Below are positions 19,352 through 30,096 of a stretch of 64,000 bases of DNA, piece after piece (within the stretch, counting starts at the first letter, position 1; every line of letters begins with the position of its first letter). The position numbers and the translations under genes are program-made. Location of the stretch: the NCBI GenBank assembly GCA_965224485.1, contig CBDCZH010000019.1:64001-128000 (forward strand), given 5' to 3'. The stretch comes from Arcobacteraceae bacterium. Its GTDB lineage: Bacteria > Campylobacterota > Campylobacteria > Campylobacterales > Arcobacteraceae. The notes beneath the pieces are model-generated. The model searched no databases. It had not been told where the DNA came from and worked only from the letters and a program-made list of their open reading frames with translations.

Positions 19352-20033
19352 TTAGGCAGTGGGGAGATTAAATTTTTTAGTTTCTAAAACACCTTCATCA
19401 TCAAAAGACAAATAATACAAGATATCTTTTTTAACTTTTAATCCTGTTAAGTATCTAAGAGCAAGGTTTGCTTGCAGTGATGCTATATGCATTACAATAG
19501 GGCAAGCAATTCCATTTGGTTTTCTATCATTTATTTTAAAAACTGCTTCATATGATGCTTTTTCAAAAAAACAAACTTGCCCATGAAACTCTTCAACAGA
19601 ACCATATATCCAAGCTTGTTTGTTTTTTAAACAATAAGTATTGATATCAGCTCTTGTTGGTAAATTATCAGTTGCATCAATAACAATATCAAAGTCTAAA
19701 CCTCTTAGGGCAAAATCTTGGAAACTTTCATTAATAAGAAGTAACTTTGACATAAGGACATCTATCTATAAGTAAGGTTTTTAAAACTTCTGCTTTACTT
19801 TTGTTATTGTCAGAAACTTTAAAAGCTATTTGTCTATGAATATTATGAAGTCCTACAACATCAAAATCAACTAAGGCAAACTCCCCTATTCCAGAAGCTC
19901 CTAAAGCAATTGCTAAAGAACACCCTAATCCACCTGAACCAATAATAGCAACTTTTTTATCTTGTAAAGAGTCTTGTACATCTTCTCCCCATAATTTTAT
20001 TTGCCTATTAAAAAATTCATGTATTTCACTCAT
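19352..20033 (-). CDS. ThiF/MoeB/HesA-family adenylyltransferase, split by a +1 indel near 19733
   Basis: RQIKLWG; GSGGLG; DFDVVGLHNIHRQ; DATDN. TATTAATGAA to TATAATGAA joins the two ORFs. ATG at 20033 follows GGAG. Confidence 0.88.
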
Positions 20034-20100
20034 TTGTATCTCCATATTTTTTAAAAATTATATCATAAACTTATATTAATTATAAGTAAATAATAATATT

Positions 20101-20310
20101 CTAAGAACTTAATTCTTCAAACTGTAGTTTTGCATCATCAAGAAGTTTTTGTGCTTCTTCAATTTGTTTAATACCATCTTTATAAATACTCATTGATTCA
20201 CTTAAGGTAATATCTTGATTTGCTAATTTTTCTAATAACTCTTTTGCACAATTAATTTTTTCTTCAAAATTAATATCTTTATTCTCACTTGTTTCTATTT
20301 CTTTACTCAT
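20101..20310 (-). CDS. xseB: Exodeoxyribonuclease VII small subunit
   Basis: FEEKI...L...DITLSESMSIYKDG...AQKLLDDAKL pattern; 69 aa. Confidence 0.88.
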   Translation of the reverse strand: MSKEIETSENKDINFEEKINCAKELLEKLANQDITLSESMSIYKDGIKQIEEAQKLLDDAKLQFEELSS

Positions 20311-20311
20311 T

Positions 20312-21412
20312 TTATTCCTTTATTGCACTTTTTATATAATCTTTAAACTTATCAAGTTCTACTAAAAAAGAGTCATGCCCATGTGTAGACTCAACCATTT
20401 TATATGAAACATTTGGCATTTTAAGATCTTTCATAATATTATAAATTTCTTCCATTTCTTCTGGAAAAAATAAATTATCATCAGAAAAAGAAATCAAATG
20501 CAAATTTGTTTTTATTTTAGCTAATACATCTTCTATCTTATCACTTCCTCTTGAAACATTAAAAATATTCATCGTTTTACAAATATATAAATATGATAAA
20601 GGATCAAAAATTTTAGGAAAGTTATAAGCATTATATTCTAAATATCGCTCAACCTCAAATCTTCCAAAAAGTTCATATAAACCATCAGTTGAACAATACT
20701 CTCTTCCAAATTTTTTATTCATAGAAGAAGGAGTTGTATAAGCAATAAGACCGGCCATTCTTCCAATAGCAAGTCCAGCTAAACCATTTGCTAATAAATC
20801 TTCTTCTTCATAATTTCCATTTTTAAAACTAGGGTCGTGCCTGATTGCTTCCATTGCTATTTTATTAGAAGCTATTGCCCAAGGTCTAGTATATGCAGTT
20901 GTTGCAAGGGCAATAATATTTTTAGAAAACTCTGGATATTCAATAGAATAACATAAAGCTTGCATTCCTCCCATGGAACCACCAATAATAGCATGCACAC
21001 TATTGATTCCTAAAGAAGACAATAATATTTTTTGTGCTTTTACTATATCAGATATTGCCAAAACAGGAAACTTAAACCTAAGAGCTTCACTAGAAGGATC
21101 TTCTGAACCAAGAGGTGAAGTTGAACCAAAACATGAGCCTAAATTATTAGAACAAATAACAAAATATTTTTTTGTATCAACTGTTTTTCCATCTCCAATT
21201 AAAGTATCCCACCAACCAGGTTTTGCTTCATTTTCGTATCTTCCTGCAGCATGATGTGAACCAGAAAGTGCATGACAAATTATTATTACATTTGATTTAT
21301 CAGAATTTAATTTACCATATGTTTCATATTTGATTTCAAAAGATTCAAGTATTCGACCACTTTCTAAATATAAAGAATCCGTAAATTTAGCTGTTTTAGT
21401 TTCTATTTTCAA
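20312..21412 (-). CDS. metX: Homoserine O-acyltransferase (MetX family)
   Basis: CHALSG; PGWWD; GGSMGGMQ nucleophile elbow; HGHDSFL. TTG start. Confidence 0.93.
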   Translation of the reverse strand: MKIETKTAKFTDSLYLESGRILESFEIKYETYGKLNSDKSNVIIICHALSGSHHAAGRYENEAKPGWWDTLIGDGKTVDTKKYFVICSNNLGSCFGSTSPLGSEDPSSEALRFKFPVLAISDIVKAQKILLSSLGINSVHAIIGGSMGGMQALCYSIEYPEFSKNIIALATTAYTRPWAIASNKIAMEAIRHDPSFKNGNYEEEDLLANGLAGLAIGRMAGLIAYTTPSSMNKKFGREYCSTDGLYELFGRFEVERYLEYNAYNFPKIFDPLSYLYICKTMNIFNVSRGSDKIEDVLAKIKTNLHLISFSDDNLFFPEEMEEIYNIMKDLKMPNVSYKMVESTHGHDSFLVELDKFKDYIKSAIKE

Positions 21413-21488
21413 ATTTATTATTTCCTTATTTTCTTAGTTAAAATTTTAGCAAAATATTCCTAAATTGTTTTTATTTATAAGTTAAGAA

Positions 21489-22481
21489 TTATAAATTCTC
21501 TAGACTTAGCAGATATTTTTCTTTTTCTTCTTTTGATAGAAAAGAAGAAACAAAAGAATTTTTAATAAGTTGCACAATATCTTTTTTACTTAAGTCTAAA
21601 TTTTCATATAAAGAAATAAAATTGTCATTTAAATATCCTTTAAAATAAGAAGGGTCATCTGAGTTAACACTAACATTTAAACCAAGCTCTAAAAGTTTTT
21701 TAATATTATGTTCTTTCATACTAGAAAATACTTTTAACTCTATATTTGAAAAAGGACAAATAGTTAAAGGCATTTGAGTATCTTTTAAAATATTTATTAA
21801 TTCTTGTGAATTAATTGCTTGAACACCATGATCAATTCTATGTACTTCTAAATCATTTATTGCTTCATTTATATATTCATATGAGGCTTCTTCTCCAGCA
21901 TGAGCAACAAGTTTAAATCCTTCTTCTTTTGCCTTTTTAAAGACTTTTTTGAACTTAGAAGGAGGATTTCCAATCTCAGATGAGTCAAGACCAATTCCTA
22001 CAATTAAATCCTTATATAAGATAACTTCTTCTAAGGTCTCTAAAGCTTCTTCTTGGGATAAATGTCTTAAAAAACAGGCAATTATTTTTGAACTTATTCC
22101 TAAAGTAGTAGAAGCCTTTTCTAAAGCTTGTGAAATTCCTAAGATAACTGTTTTAAAAGATACTCCTCTTGAGGTATGACTTTGGGGATCAAAAAATATT
22201 TCTGTATGCACTATATTATTTTCTTTACATTTTAATAAATATGCCCACGTTAAATCAAAAAAATCATCTTTTGTAATTAAAACATTCGTACCTTCGTAAT
22301 AAAGGTCTAAAAAACTTTGTAGATTTGTAAACTTATAGGCTTTTTTAAGATCTTTAATATTTGAATAAGGTATCTTTATATTATTTTTTATAGCCTTAGA
22401 AAATAACATTTCAGGCTCTAATGATCCTTCTATATGTATATGAAGTTCTGCTTTTGGTATTTTTTTTATAAAATCTATCAT
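21489..22481 (-). CDS. Adenosine/adenine deaminase (probably the adenine-preferring subgroup)
   Basis: [32 protein letters not shown]. Likely start is the ATG at 22481, overlapping the upstream TGA. Confidence 0.9.
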   Translation of the reverse strand: MIDFIKKIPKAELHIHIEGSLEPEMLFSKAIKNNIKIPYSNIKDLKKAYKFTNLQSFLDLYYEGTNVLITKDDFFDLTWAYLLKCKENNIVHTEIFFDPQSHTSRGVSFKTVILGISQALEKASTTLGISSKIIACFLRHLSQEEALETLEEVILYKDLIVGIGLDSSEIGNPPSKFKKVFKKAKEEGFKLVAHAGEEASYEYINEAINDLEVHRIDHGVQAINSQELINILKDTQMPLTICPFSNIELKVFSSMKEHNIKKLLELGLNVSVNSDDPSYFKGYLNDNFISLYENLDLSKKDIVQLIKNSFVSSFLSKEEKEKYLLSLENL

Positions 22482-22918
22482 TCTTCTATAATTTCTTCTT
22501 TCATTATTTTTTGCCATCTCTCGCTAGGAACCCAAGTTTTTAGTAAACTTAAATCTATTTTTTCAAAAGGTGTTTTTAAAATATACTTATGATATACATA
22601 CATAAAAGCACTAACTCGATAATTCATGGCACAATGAATCCAAACTTTTCTATTTTTATTTATTTTTAATAAATCAATAAATAACAATAAATCACTTTTT
22701 TTAGGATCCTTAAAATTTACTGGAAGATGAATATATGTAAGACCTAAAGAACTTATAATTTCATCTTCATTTATTAGAGCATTTGAAGCATCACATAAAG
22801 CAAGGTTGATTATAATTTCATACTTTGCCTCTGATATTTGTTTAAACTGCGCAATACTTGGCTGTCCTGAAGTGCTAAGGTTTTCATTTATTTTAATATA
22901 GTTAAAGATATTTTTGAT
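22478..22918 (-). CDS. Protein-tyrosine-phosphatase-like (DUF442-type) protein, 146 aa, beginning at an ATC codon
   Basis: The frame of the 69-aa ORF stays open back to 22918: [20 protein letters not shown]...INLA...YIHLPV...HCAMNYRVS (CX5R). AAGGA RBS upstream. Confidence 0.8.
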   Translation of the reverse strand: MKNIFNYIKINENLSTSGQPSIAQFKQISEAKYEIIINLALCDASNALINEDEIISSLGLTYIHLPVNFKDPKKSDLLLFIDLLKINKNRKVWIHCAMNYRVSAFMYVYHKYILKTPFEKIDLSLLKTWVPSERWQKIMKEEIIEE

Positions 22919-24165
22919 TATTTATCCTTTGTTTTACTCTTACTTAAAGCTAATTCTCTTAGTTTATCTTTCTTACTTTTTCTTTTTCCTTTTATAGGTC
23001 CTTTATTCTCTTCTTTCTTAGGTTTTCCGTCTAAAGTAAAACCCTCAATACTTTCTCTTATAAGTTTAATATTTGCACGTTTTTCTATTAAAGAAAAATG
23101 TTCTTGGCTCTCATGTCCTATAAAAGAGATAGCTAAACCTTCTTTTCCAGCTCTTGCCGTTCTTCCAATTCTATGTACATAATCACTAGGGCTTCTTGGT
23201 AAATCATAATTAATCACACAAGAAATATCTTCTAAGTGTAAACCTCTTGCTGCTATATCTGTACAAAACAAAATATTTAAATCCTTTGCCTTAAATTCAT
23301 CTAAGGTATAAGTTCGCTCTTCTTGTGTTAAATCACCATGGAAGCTATCAGCTTTAAAACCATATTTTCTAAACTTAGCTCCTAAATTATCAGCTGCCCT
23401 TTTAGTGGAAACAAAAACCAAAACTTGTTTAAAATCATTATTTGTAAAAAGATATTTTAATAAAGATGGTCTTTTTTCTGTATTTACTTCTATAACTCTT
23501 TGTTTGATTTTATCTACAATTATATTTTCATCTTCAATTTTAACTTCTATAAAATCTTTCATAAATAAACTAGCTATTTCTAACACTTTTGCACTATAGG
23601 TTGCTGAAAAAAGTGAATTTTGACGATTTGTTGGTAAAGCTTCTAAAACTTGGTCTAACTCTTCTTTAAAACCTAAATTCAGCATCTTATCGGCTTCATC
23701 AAGTACAAAAAACTCTAAAGAAGTTAAATCAAGCTGTTTTTTACTTAAAATATCAAGCAATCTACCTGAAGTTGCAACAAGAACATCACAACCTTTTTGA
23801 ACTAAAGTTAATTGATCACCTAAACTCTCACCTCCAATTAATGAAACAATAGATGGTTTCTTTGCAAAAAAAGAAGAAAGAGTTCTAAATACTTCTGCTA
23901 CTTGTAAACTCAATTCTCTTGTTGGAGTTATTACTAAAGCTTTTATTTTAGGTTTTTTATTACTTTTATTTTCTAATATAGTTTGCAAAATAGGAAGAAC
24001 AAAAGCAGCTGTTTTTCCACTTCCTGTTTGAGCTTTGACTATTAAGTCATGTTTTTCTAAAAATAAAGGAATTACTTTTTCTTGAATTATTGTAGCTTCT
24101 TTATAAGAATTATTTTCTAAAGCTTTAATTAATTCATTATTTAGTTTAAAAGAAGAAAAGTCCAT
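22918..24165 (-). CDS. DEAD-box RNA helicase
   Basis: AQTGSGKT, PTREL, DEAD, SAT, ARGL and HRIGRTAR motifs. Confidence 0.96.
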   Translation of the reverse strand: MDFSSFKLNNELIKALENNSYKEATIIQEKVIPLFLEKHDLIVKAQTGSGKTAAFVLPILQTILENKSNKKPKIKALVITPTRELSLQVAEVFRTLSSFFAKKPSIVSLIGGESLGDQLTLVQKGCDVLVATSGRLLDILSKKQLDLTSLEFFVLDEADKMLNLGFKEELDQVLEALPTNRQNSLFSATYSAKVLEIASLFMKDFIEVKIEDENIIVDKIKQRVIEVNTEKRPSLLKYLFTNNDFKQVLVFVSTKRAADNLGAKFRKYGFKADSFHGDLTQEERTYTLDEFKAKDLNILFCTDIAARGLHLEDISCVINYDLPRSPSDYVHRIGRTARAGKEGLAISFIGHESQEHFSLIEKRANIKLIRESIEGFTLDGKPKKEENKGPIKGKRKSKKDKLRELALSKSKTKDK

Positions 24166-25996
24166 TATAAGTCCTCCAATTTTTTATCATATTTGTAAAG
24201 AATTTCATCAAGTTTACCTTGTTGTAACTCTAAAGTAGCAAAGGTTATCTTCAACCTCTTTTTCATAAGAAGTAACTAATCTTGATATATCCATTATTTT
24301 TGTATTATCACCCTCATTTGAAGCTTTAATTAACTTGTCATGTTCTTCTTCTAATAATTCTTCTATTAAAATTATCTTATTTTCTAAAGCATCTACTTCT
24401 TTTTTCAAAGAAGAAGTTAATTTATTTCTTTCATTTAATAAAGAAGACCTTAGTTTTTTATTCTCTTTTTTATTTATTTTTGGACTTTCTTTATTTTGTT
24501 TCTCTTCTATTTCTTCTTCCCAACCAACTTTTTGTAAAAAATCATCATAACTTCCGTCAAACAAAGAAGCACCTTTTGATGAAAATACTATTAACTTATG
24601 ACAAACTTTTCTTAATAACTCTTCACTATGAGTTACAATAATACTTGAACCTTTAAAGTTTTTAATTGCCTTACTTAAAGCTTCAATAGAGTCCATATCA
24701 AGATGATTAGTAGGTTCATCTAAAAATAATAAGTTTAAATCCTTCGATAAAATTTGTCCTAACATGACCCTAGATTTTTCACCACCTGAAAGTAAAGATA
24801 TTTTTTTCTTTGCATTATCACTTGAAAACATCATAGCGCCACAAATACTTCTAACACTTGATTCACTAAGTTTTGGATTAGCTACATAAATTTCATCCAT
24901 TACACTATTTTTTGGATTTAGGTGAGCTATATTTGTTTGACCAAAATGAGCAAAAGAAGTAGTTCCATGATAAAGGCAAGTTCCACTTAATGCTTTTAGC
25001 TCACCTGCAATTGTATTTAATAAAGTAGATTTACCCTTACCATTTTTTCCAATAATTCCTAAAACTTCACCTTTTTTAATAGTAAAACTAACATCTTTAA
25101 ATAAAATATTATCACTTTTATAAGCGAAACTTAAATCTTTTACTTCTAATAAAACTTTGGCAGGAGTATCTTTAAACTTAAAATCAAAATCTAAAGTTTT
25201 ATCAAAAACTATATCTGAGATTTTGTCCATTTTTTCTAAAATTTTAACTTTTGATTGAGCTTGTGCTGATGTTGAAGCTCTTGCTTTATTTTTAGCAACA
25301 AACTCTTCAAGTTCTTTTCTTTTTTTATCTTGTGAAAGTTTTTGCTTAGCATGATGCTCTTCATTATTTTTTATCTGCTCATAAAACTTATAAGTATTTC
25401 CAGGAATTACACTTAGAGTTTTTCTAATTATTCCAACAGTATGAGTAGTAATACTGTCCATAAAATCCCTATCATGGGTAATAAGGACAACTTCTCCATC
25501 AAAGTTTTTTAAAAACTGTCTTAACCATCGTAGAGACAAAATATCTAAATAATTTGTAGGCTCATCTAATAAAAGCATATTTGGTTCTGTTAATAAAAGT
25601 TTTGCAAGATTAATTCTAATTTGGAAACCTCCTGAAAAACTCAAAGGAGACTTGTCTAAATCTTCTTTTGTAAAACCCAAACCAAATAATATTTTTCTCA
25701 ACTTTATAAATTGAAAACTTATCATCTTCACTTAAAGCTAAAGCTGTTTCATCTCTTAGTGTTTCTTGTGAGAATTCTAAGTATTGTTTTAATGTTCCTA
25801 TTTTATAGTTTTTAGGAATTAGTATTTCCCCAAAATCAGAACTTTCCTCTTTTAAAATAAGTTTAAATAGTGTTGATTTTCCACTTCCATTTCTTCCAAC
25901 AAGACCTATTTTGTTTCCGCTGTTTACTCTTATATTTACATTAGAAAATAGCTCACTACTTCCAAAGTTTTTAGATATATTTATAAGTTCAATCAT
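24165..25996 (-). CDS. ABC-F family ATPase, carrying two +1 indels (about 25694 and 24244)
   Basis: Two ABC cassettes (GRNGSGKS/FSGG/LDEPTN and GKNGKGKS/LSGGE/LDEPTN). Removing one A gives YKVEKILFGLG. Removing one base near 24244 gives FATLELQQGKLDEILYKYDKKLEDL*, ending in a TAATG overlap with the helicase start. Confidence 0.9.
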
Positions 25997-26154
25997 ATTT
26001 CTCTTTATCGTATTTATTTAAAATGATTATACGATATACTCATTGTTATCTTAATTAGTTCAATAAATAAGAAAAATTATTTTAAGATTATTTTTACCTT
26101 ATTCTTTATATACTATATTCTAAATTATAAGTAACTATTAAAACAAGGATATTA

Positions 26155-27567
26155 ATGTTTAAAAATATTAACACAAAACATAGGTTTTTAATTAATATGA
26201 TAATAGCCCAAATTGGATTTTTCTCAATTTCTATTTCTGCAATTTATTCCTCTTCTAAAATAATTACAATTCTAATACTAAATCTAAGCTTTGCCTTAAT
26301 TATATTATATACAAATTATGCAGCTATGAAAAGAGTTGTTGGAGGTATTGATAGATTTAAGTTATATATGGATGATATTATGAATTTCGTTTTTATGAGA
26401 ACAAATAATATAAAAAAAGCTTCTTATATGAAAAATGATGAAATAGGATTAATTTTAAAAGAATTAAATACTTATGTAGAAAATTTTGAACTTTTAAGAA
26501 AAGATGATATGAAAGTATTAGGAGAAATGGTTCTATCTATGGATAAAATTTCTCAAGGAATTTATAAGTGCAAAATCAATTCACAATCAGATAACTTTAT
26601 GATTCAAGCACTTAGAACATCTGCAAATGATATGATAGATGATACGAATAAGAGCATGGAAGAGCTTAAAAACACTTTACTATTATATTCACAAGATGAT
26701 TTTAGAAAAAACATAAATATCAATCCTGATTTAACAGGTGAGATGTTAATAGTTATGGAATCTGTAAATACTCTTGGAAAAGCACTTAATGCAAATGCAA
26801 AAGAGAACTTTACTAATGGTAAAATTTTAGAAAATGATTCATCAAAAATGAATGAATCTGCTAAAAATGTTTCTTTAAGAGCAAATGAACAAGCTGCGTC
26901 CTTAGAAGAAGTAGCTGCTGCTTTAGAAGAAATAACTTCAATTACAAGTAATAACACACAAAATGCAATAAAAATGGCTAATTTAGGAGATAAGGTAAAA
27001 AGTAGTGTAAAAAAAGGGCAAGTTTTAGCAAACCAAACTACTTCTTCTATGGACAATATTAATCAAGAGATTAACGCAATAAGTGAGGCTATTATTGTAA
27101 TTGATCAAATTGCTTTCCAAACAAATATACTCTCACTTAATGCAGCAGTAGAAGCAGCAACAGCAGGTGAAGCTGGAAAAGGTTTCGCAGTAGTTGCCCA
27201 AGAAGTAAGAAACCTTGCCTCAAGGTCAGCACAAGCAGCAAAAGAGATTAAAGAATTAGTACAAAGTGCGACAATTAAGGCAAATGAAGGAAAAACAATA
27301 TCAGACGAGATGATTTCTGGTTATATTGAATTAAATACAAATATATCAGAAACAATAATACTTATTGATGATGTAAGTACAGCTTCTAAAGAACAAATGA
27401 GTGGAATTGAACAAATAAACGACTCAGTGTCAAAATTAGATCATGTAACCCAAGAAAATGCAAGTGAAGCAAATTCTCTTTCACTAATTGCAAAACAAAC
27501 ATTACAATTAGCAAAAAATTTAGTAGAAGATGCAAAAAATAAGAAATTTTGTGATATAGAAGGATAA
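26155..27567 (+). CDS. Methyl-accepting chemotaxis protein without a periplasmic domain (CetA-like)
   Basis: [38 protein letters not shown]-terminal hydrophobic hairpin. Confidence 0.93.
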   Translation: MFKNINTKHRFLINMIIAQIGFFSISISAIYSSSKIITILILNLSFALIILYTNYAAMKRVVGGIDRFKLYMDDIMNFVFMRTNNIKKASYMKNDEIGLILKELNTYVENFELLRKDDMKVLGEMVLSMDKISQGIYKCKINSQSDNFMIQALRTSANDMIDDTNKSMEELKNTLLLYSQDDFRKNININPDLTGEMLIVMESVNTLGKALNANAKENFTNGKILENDSSKMNESAKNVSLRANEQAASLEEVAAALEEITSITSNNTQNAIKMANLGDKVKSSVKKGQVLANQTTSSMDNINQEINAISEAIIVIDQIAFQTNILSLNAAVEAATAGEAGKGFAVVAQEVRNLASRSAQAAKEIKELVQSATIKANEGKTISDEMISGYIELNTNISETIILIDDVSTASKEQMSGIEQINDSVSKLDHVTQENASEANSLSLIAKQTLQLAKNLVEDAKNKKFCDIEG

Positions 27568-27569
27568 AT

Positions 27570-27968
27570 ATGGCTTTAAATCAAGAAACGATTTTAGACG
27601 AACACTCTTTTTTAGTAAGTGAAACAGATGCTAAAGGAATTATAAAATTTGCAAACAAAGATTTCTGTCATTATGCAGAGTATAAAGTAAAAGAATTAAT
27701 TGGAAAACCTCATAGTATAGTAAGACATAAAGATATGCCAAAAATAGCTTTTAAATCACTTTGGGACACTGTTTCCAAAGGTGAAATTTGGACTGGTTAT
27801 GTTAAGAACGCTACAAAATCTGGCGGTTATTATTGGGTTTATGCAACTGTTTATCCTTTTGAAAGTTTTGATGGTTCTATGGGTTATTTATCTTGTAGAA
27901 GGAAACCTTCTAAAGAAGAGATTCAAGAACATGAAAAATTATATAAAGAATGGATGAAAGAAGAATAG
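27570..27968 (+). CDS. Stand-alone Aer-type PAS protein (CetB-like)
   Basis: SETDAKGII.FAN..F; GKPHSIVRHKDMP; LWDT; WTGYVKN; YYWV. Confidence 0.9.
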   Translation: MALNQETILDEHSFLVSETDAKGIIKFANKDFCHYAEYKVKELIGKPHSIVRHKDMPKIAFKSLWDTVSKGEIWTGYVKNATKSGGYYWVYATVYPFESFDGSMGYLSCRRKPSKEEIQEHEKLYKEWMKEE

Positions 27969-28067
27969 AAAAATCTTTAATCATAATTATAATTATTAAT
28001 TTTAATATAATAATTATTTAAATTATGGTATCCTTCTTTTAAGATATCCCTAAATTAAAGTGAAATT

Positions 28068-28547
28068 ATGAAAAAAACATTCCTTCTAGTGTTTTTACTA
28101 AGCTTAAGTTTGCTAGCAGTGCAAAATTCTAAAGCATATACTCAAGCTTATTTAAATGAGTTACAAACAAGTAAAGATATTTTTTTAGCGCAAGAGGCAG
28201 GAAGAGCTGCTGATAAAAAAATACCCAATAATATTTTTACACAAATTTTTAATATTAGTAAATTCCAAGGAAAAAAAAAGATTATTGTAGGAAAACATCT
28301 GCTTAGGTGTACAAATAAAGTCATTTTTAAAACTGCTATAAAAGGAAAAAATAAAATTAATTTATTTGCTCTTTGTACAAAAAAAATATCTAATACTTCT
28401 TATTTAATATACCAAGGATTTTCTACTTCTTTAAGCAAAAGAGTTGAGCTTATTTTAACTTCTGTTTTAATAGAAAAAAAGCATATGATTTTTTGGTTGA
28501 ATCATTTTAATGTAAATAAAGAACATAGAAACTTTTTACTTAAATAA
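28068..28547 (+). CDS. Hypothetical exported protein
   Basis: Signal-peptide-like MKKTFLLVFLLSLSLLA; 159 aa. Confidence 0.7.
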   Translation: MKKTFLLVFLLSLSLLAVQNSKAYTQAYLNELQTSKDIFLAQEAGRAADKKIPNNIFTQIFNISKFQGKKKIIVGKHLLRCTNKVIFKTAIKGKNKINLFALCTKKISNTSYLIYQGFSTSLSKRVELILTSVLIEKKHMIFWLNHFNVNKEHRNFLLK

Positions 28548-28591
28548 GTTTTTAAAAGTATTTGCTATAATTAGCAAAAACAGGAGTTCTT

Positions 28592-28846
28592 TTGAATAAA
28601 ATAATAGAATTAGAAAAACTAATTAAAGAAGATATTTTACTAGAAGTAAATGAAAATCTACAAGAATTAAATAAAAATATTGAAAATAAAAAACAGCTAA
28701 AAGAAGAAATAAAATATATGGTAGATGTAGAAAAATATTTTAAAACCTTATTAGATGATATACAAAACAATAATCTGCAAGAAAAAGAAGCAAGTGATAT
28801 TTTAAGTGACTTAGAATATATGAAAACACAAAACCAAGAAGATTAG
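28592..28846 (+). CDS. Hypothetical acidic coiled-coil protein
   Basis: TTG start after AGGAG; 84 aa. Confidence 0.7.
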   Translation: MNKIIELEKLIKEDILLEVNENLQELNKNIENKKQLKEEIKYMVDVEKYFKTLLDDIQNNNLQEKEASDILSDLEYMKTQNQED

Positions 28847-28940
28847 ACTTCTTAAAATCATATTTAATATTATTAATTAATACTTAAGACTTTTTTTATT
28901 TTGTATAATAAAAAAAGGTATATTAAATAAAGGAGCTAAT

Positions 28941-29222
28941 ATGTCAATTTTAACAGAAGTGAAAAATTTAAGATTTGCAAATAAAATGGGAGAGATTATT
29001 ACCATTGCACATGTTGAGAAACCACATGGTGAGCATAGTGATCCAGTTTTTAGAATTGGTACTTCAAATCACGGAAAAAAAAATAGCTCTCTAATAGAAA
29101 TTCCTTATGAAAACCTTGAAGAACTAATTGATGCTTTGCATGAATCTAAAAAAGTATGCGATACATATATTCACGAAAAGTTTCATGATGAACTAGACTC
29201 TGATACAGGTGGGGGACAATAG
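28941..29222 (+). CDS. Hypothetical His-containing protein
   Basis: AAGGAG RBS, TATAAT upstream; 93 aa. Confidence 0.75.
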   Translation: MSILTEVKNLRFANKMGEIITIAHVEKPHGEHSDPVFRIGTSNHGKKNSSLIEIPYENLEELIDALHESKKVCDTYIHEKFHDELDSDTGGGQ

Positions 29223-29285
29223 ACTAGTATAAGTTTTTATATATTTTATTTACTTTAAATAATTTATGTAAAGAAGGACCGAAAT

Positions 29286-29311
29286 TAAAAAGGAGAATTA
29301 ACTCCTTTTTA
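29286..29311. terminator. Bidirectional intrinsic terminator
   Basis: taaaaaggag-aattaa-ctccttttta perfect inverted repeat between convergent genes. Confidence 0.8.
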
Positions 29312-29324
29312 TCTTACTTTAAAT

Positions 29325-30014
29325 TTACTTTTTAGCTTTTATTATTTCTAATAGTTCTACTTCAAAAATTAAAGTAGCATCTGGCCCAATACTAGGAGCT
29401 GCACCTCTTTTGCCATAAGCTAAAGCTGAAGGAACAACTAATTGCCACTTATCTCCAACTCTCATTTTTAACAAAGCTTCAGTCCAAGCTTTAATAACAC
29501 CACTTACAGGGAACGTAGCAGGAGCTCCTCTATCATAAGAACTATCAAAAACTACACCATTTATTAATGTACCTCTATAATGTGTTTTCACAGTATCGCT
29601 AAGACTTACAGAGACCTTACCTTTACCTTTTTTAAGAACTTTATATTGAAGACCACTTTTTAAAGTGATTACCCCTTTTCTCTTTTTGTTTTTTTCTAAA
29701 AATTCTTTTCCTTCTTTTGCAAGTTTTGCAATTAAAGCCTTTTCTTTTTTTATTTTACTTTCTTGAAAGGTCATCATAGTTTTTTGTATTTCTTCTCTTG
29801 AAAGTTTCAATTTTTTATTTGTAAAAACATCTAACATTCCTAGTTTTAAAGAGTCTAAATCTAGTTCATCCTTAGAAATTACTAATTGTTTAGCTATTTG
29901 TGTTCCTATAACATAAGCAGCTTTTTCTTTTTGTGTTTTAAGCTCATCTTTTGCCATACTTAAACTTGAGAACATAGATAAACATATAAAAGTTGTAGAT
30001 AAAATTTTTAACAT
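29325..30014 (-). CDS. FKBP-type peptidyl-prolyl isomerase (Mip/FkpA-like)
   Basis: Signal peptide; SGLQY; HYRGTL.NG.VFDSS; VIKAWTEAL; LAYG; LIFEVELL. Confidence 0.95.
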   Translation of the reverse strand: MLKILSTTFICLSMFSSLSMAKDELKTQKEKAAYVIGTQIAKQLVISKDELDLDSLKLGMLDVFTNKKLKLSREEIQKTMMTFQESKIKKEKALIAKLAKEGKEFLEKNKKRKGVITLKSGLQYKVLKKGKGKVSVSLSDTVKTHYRGTLINGVVFDSSYDRGAPATFPVSGVIKAWTEALLKMRVGDKWQLVVPSALAYGKRGAAPSIGPDATLIFEVELLEIIKAKK

Positions 30015-30046
30015 TATTTTCCTTTTTAATTTAAAATATTACAAAC

Positions 30047-30068
30047 AGGAAGTATAAATATACTTCCT
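30047..30068 (-). terminator. Hairpin after the NSS transporter gene
   Basis: aggaagtat-aaat-atacttcct. Confidence 0.6.
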
Positions 30069-30096
30069 TTGTCATTAACTTACTTGATTTATTAAT

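Noticed and set aside
24214..24245. ORF-track C-terminus NLCYFRVTTR of the ABC-F protein
   Set aside because: The alternative frame continues the coiled coil and ends in a TAATG overlap with the next gene, so this end is a frameshift artefact.
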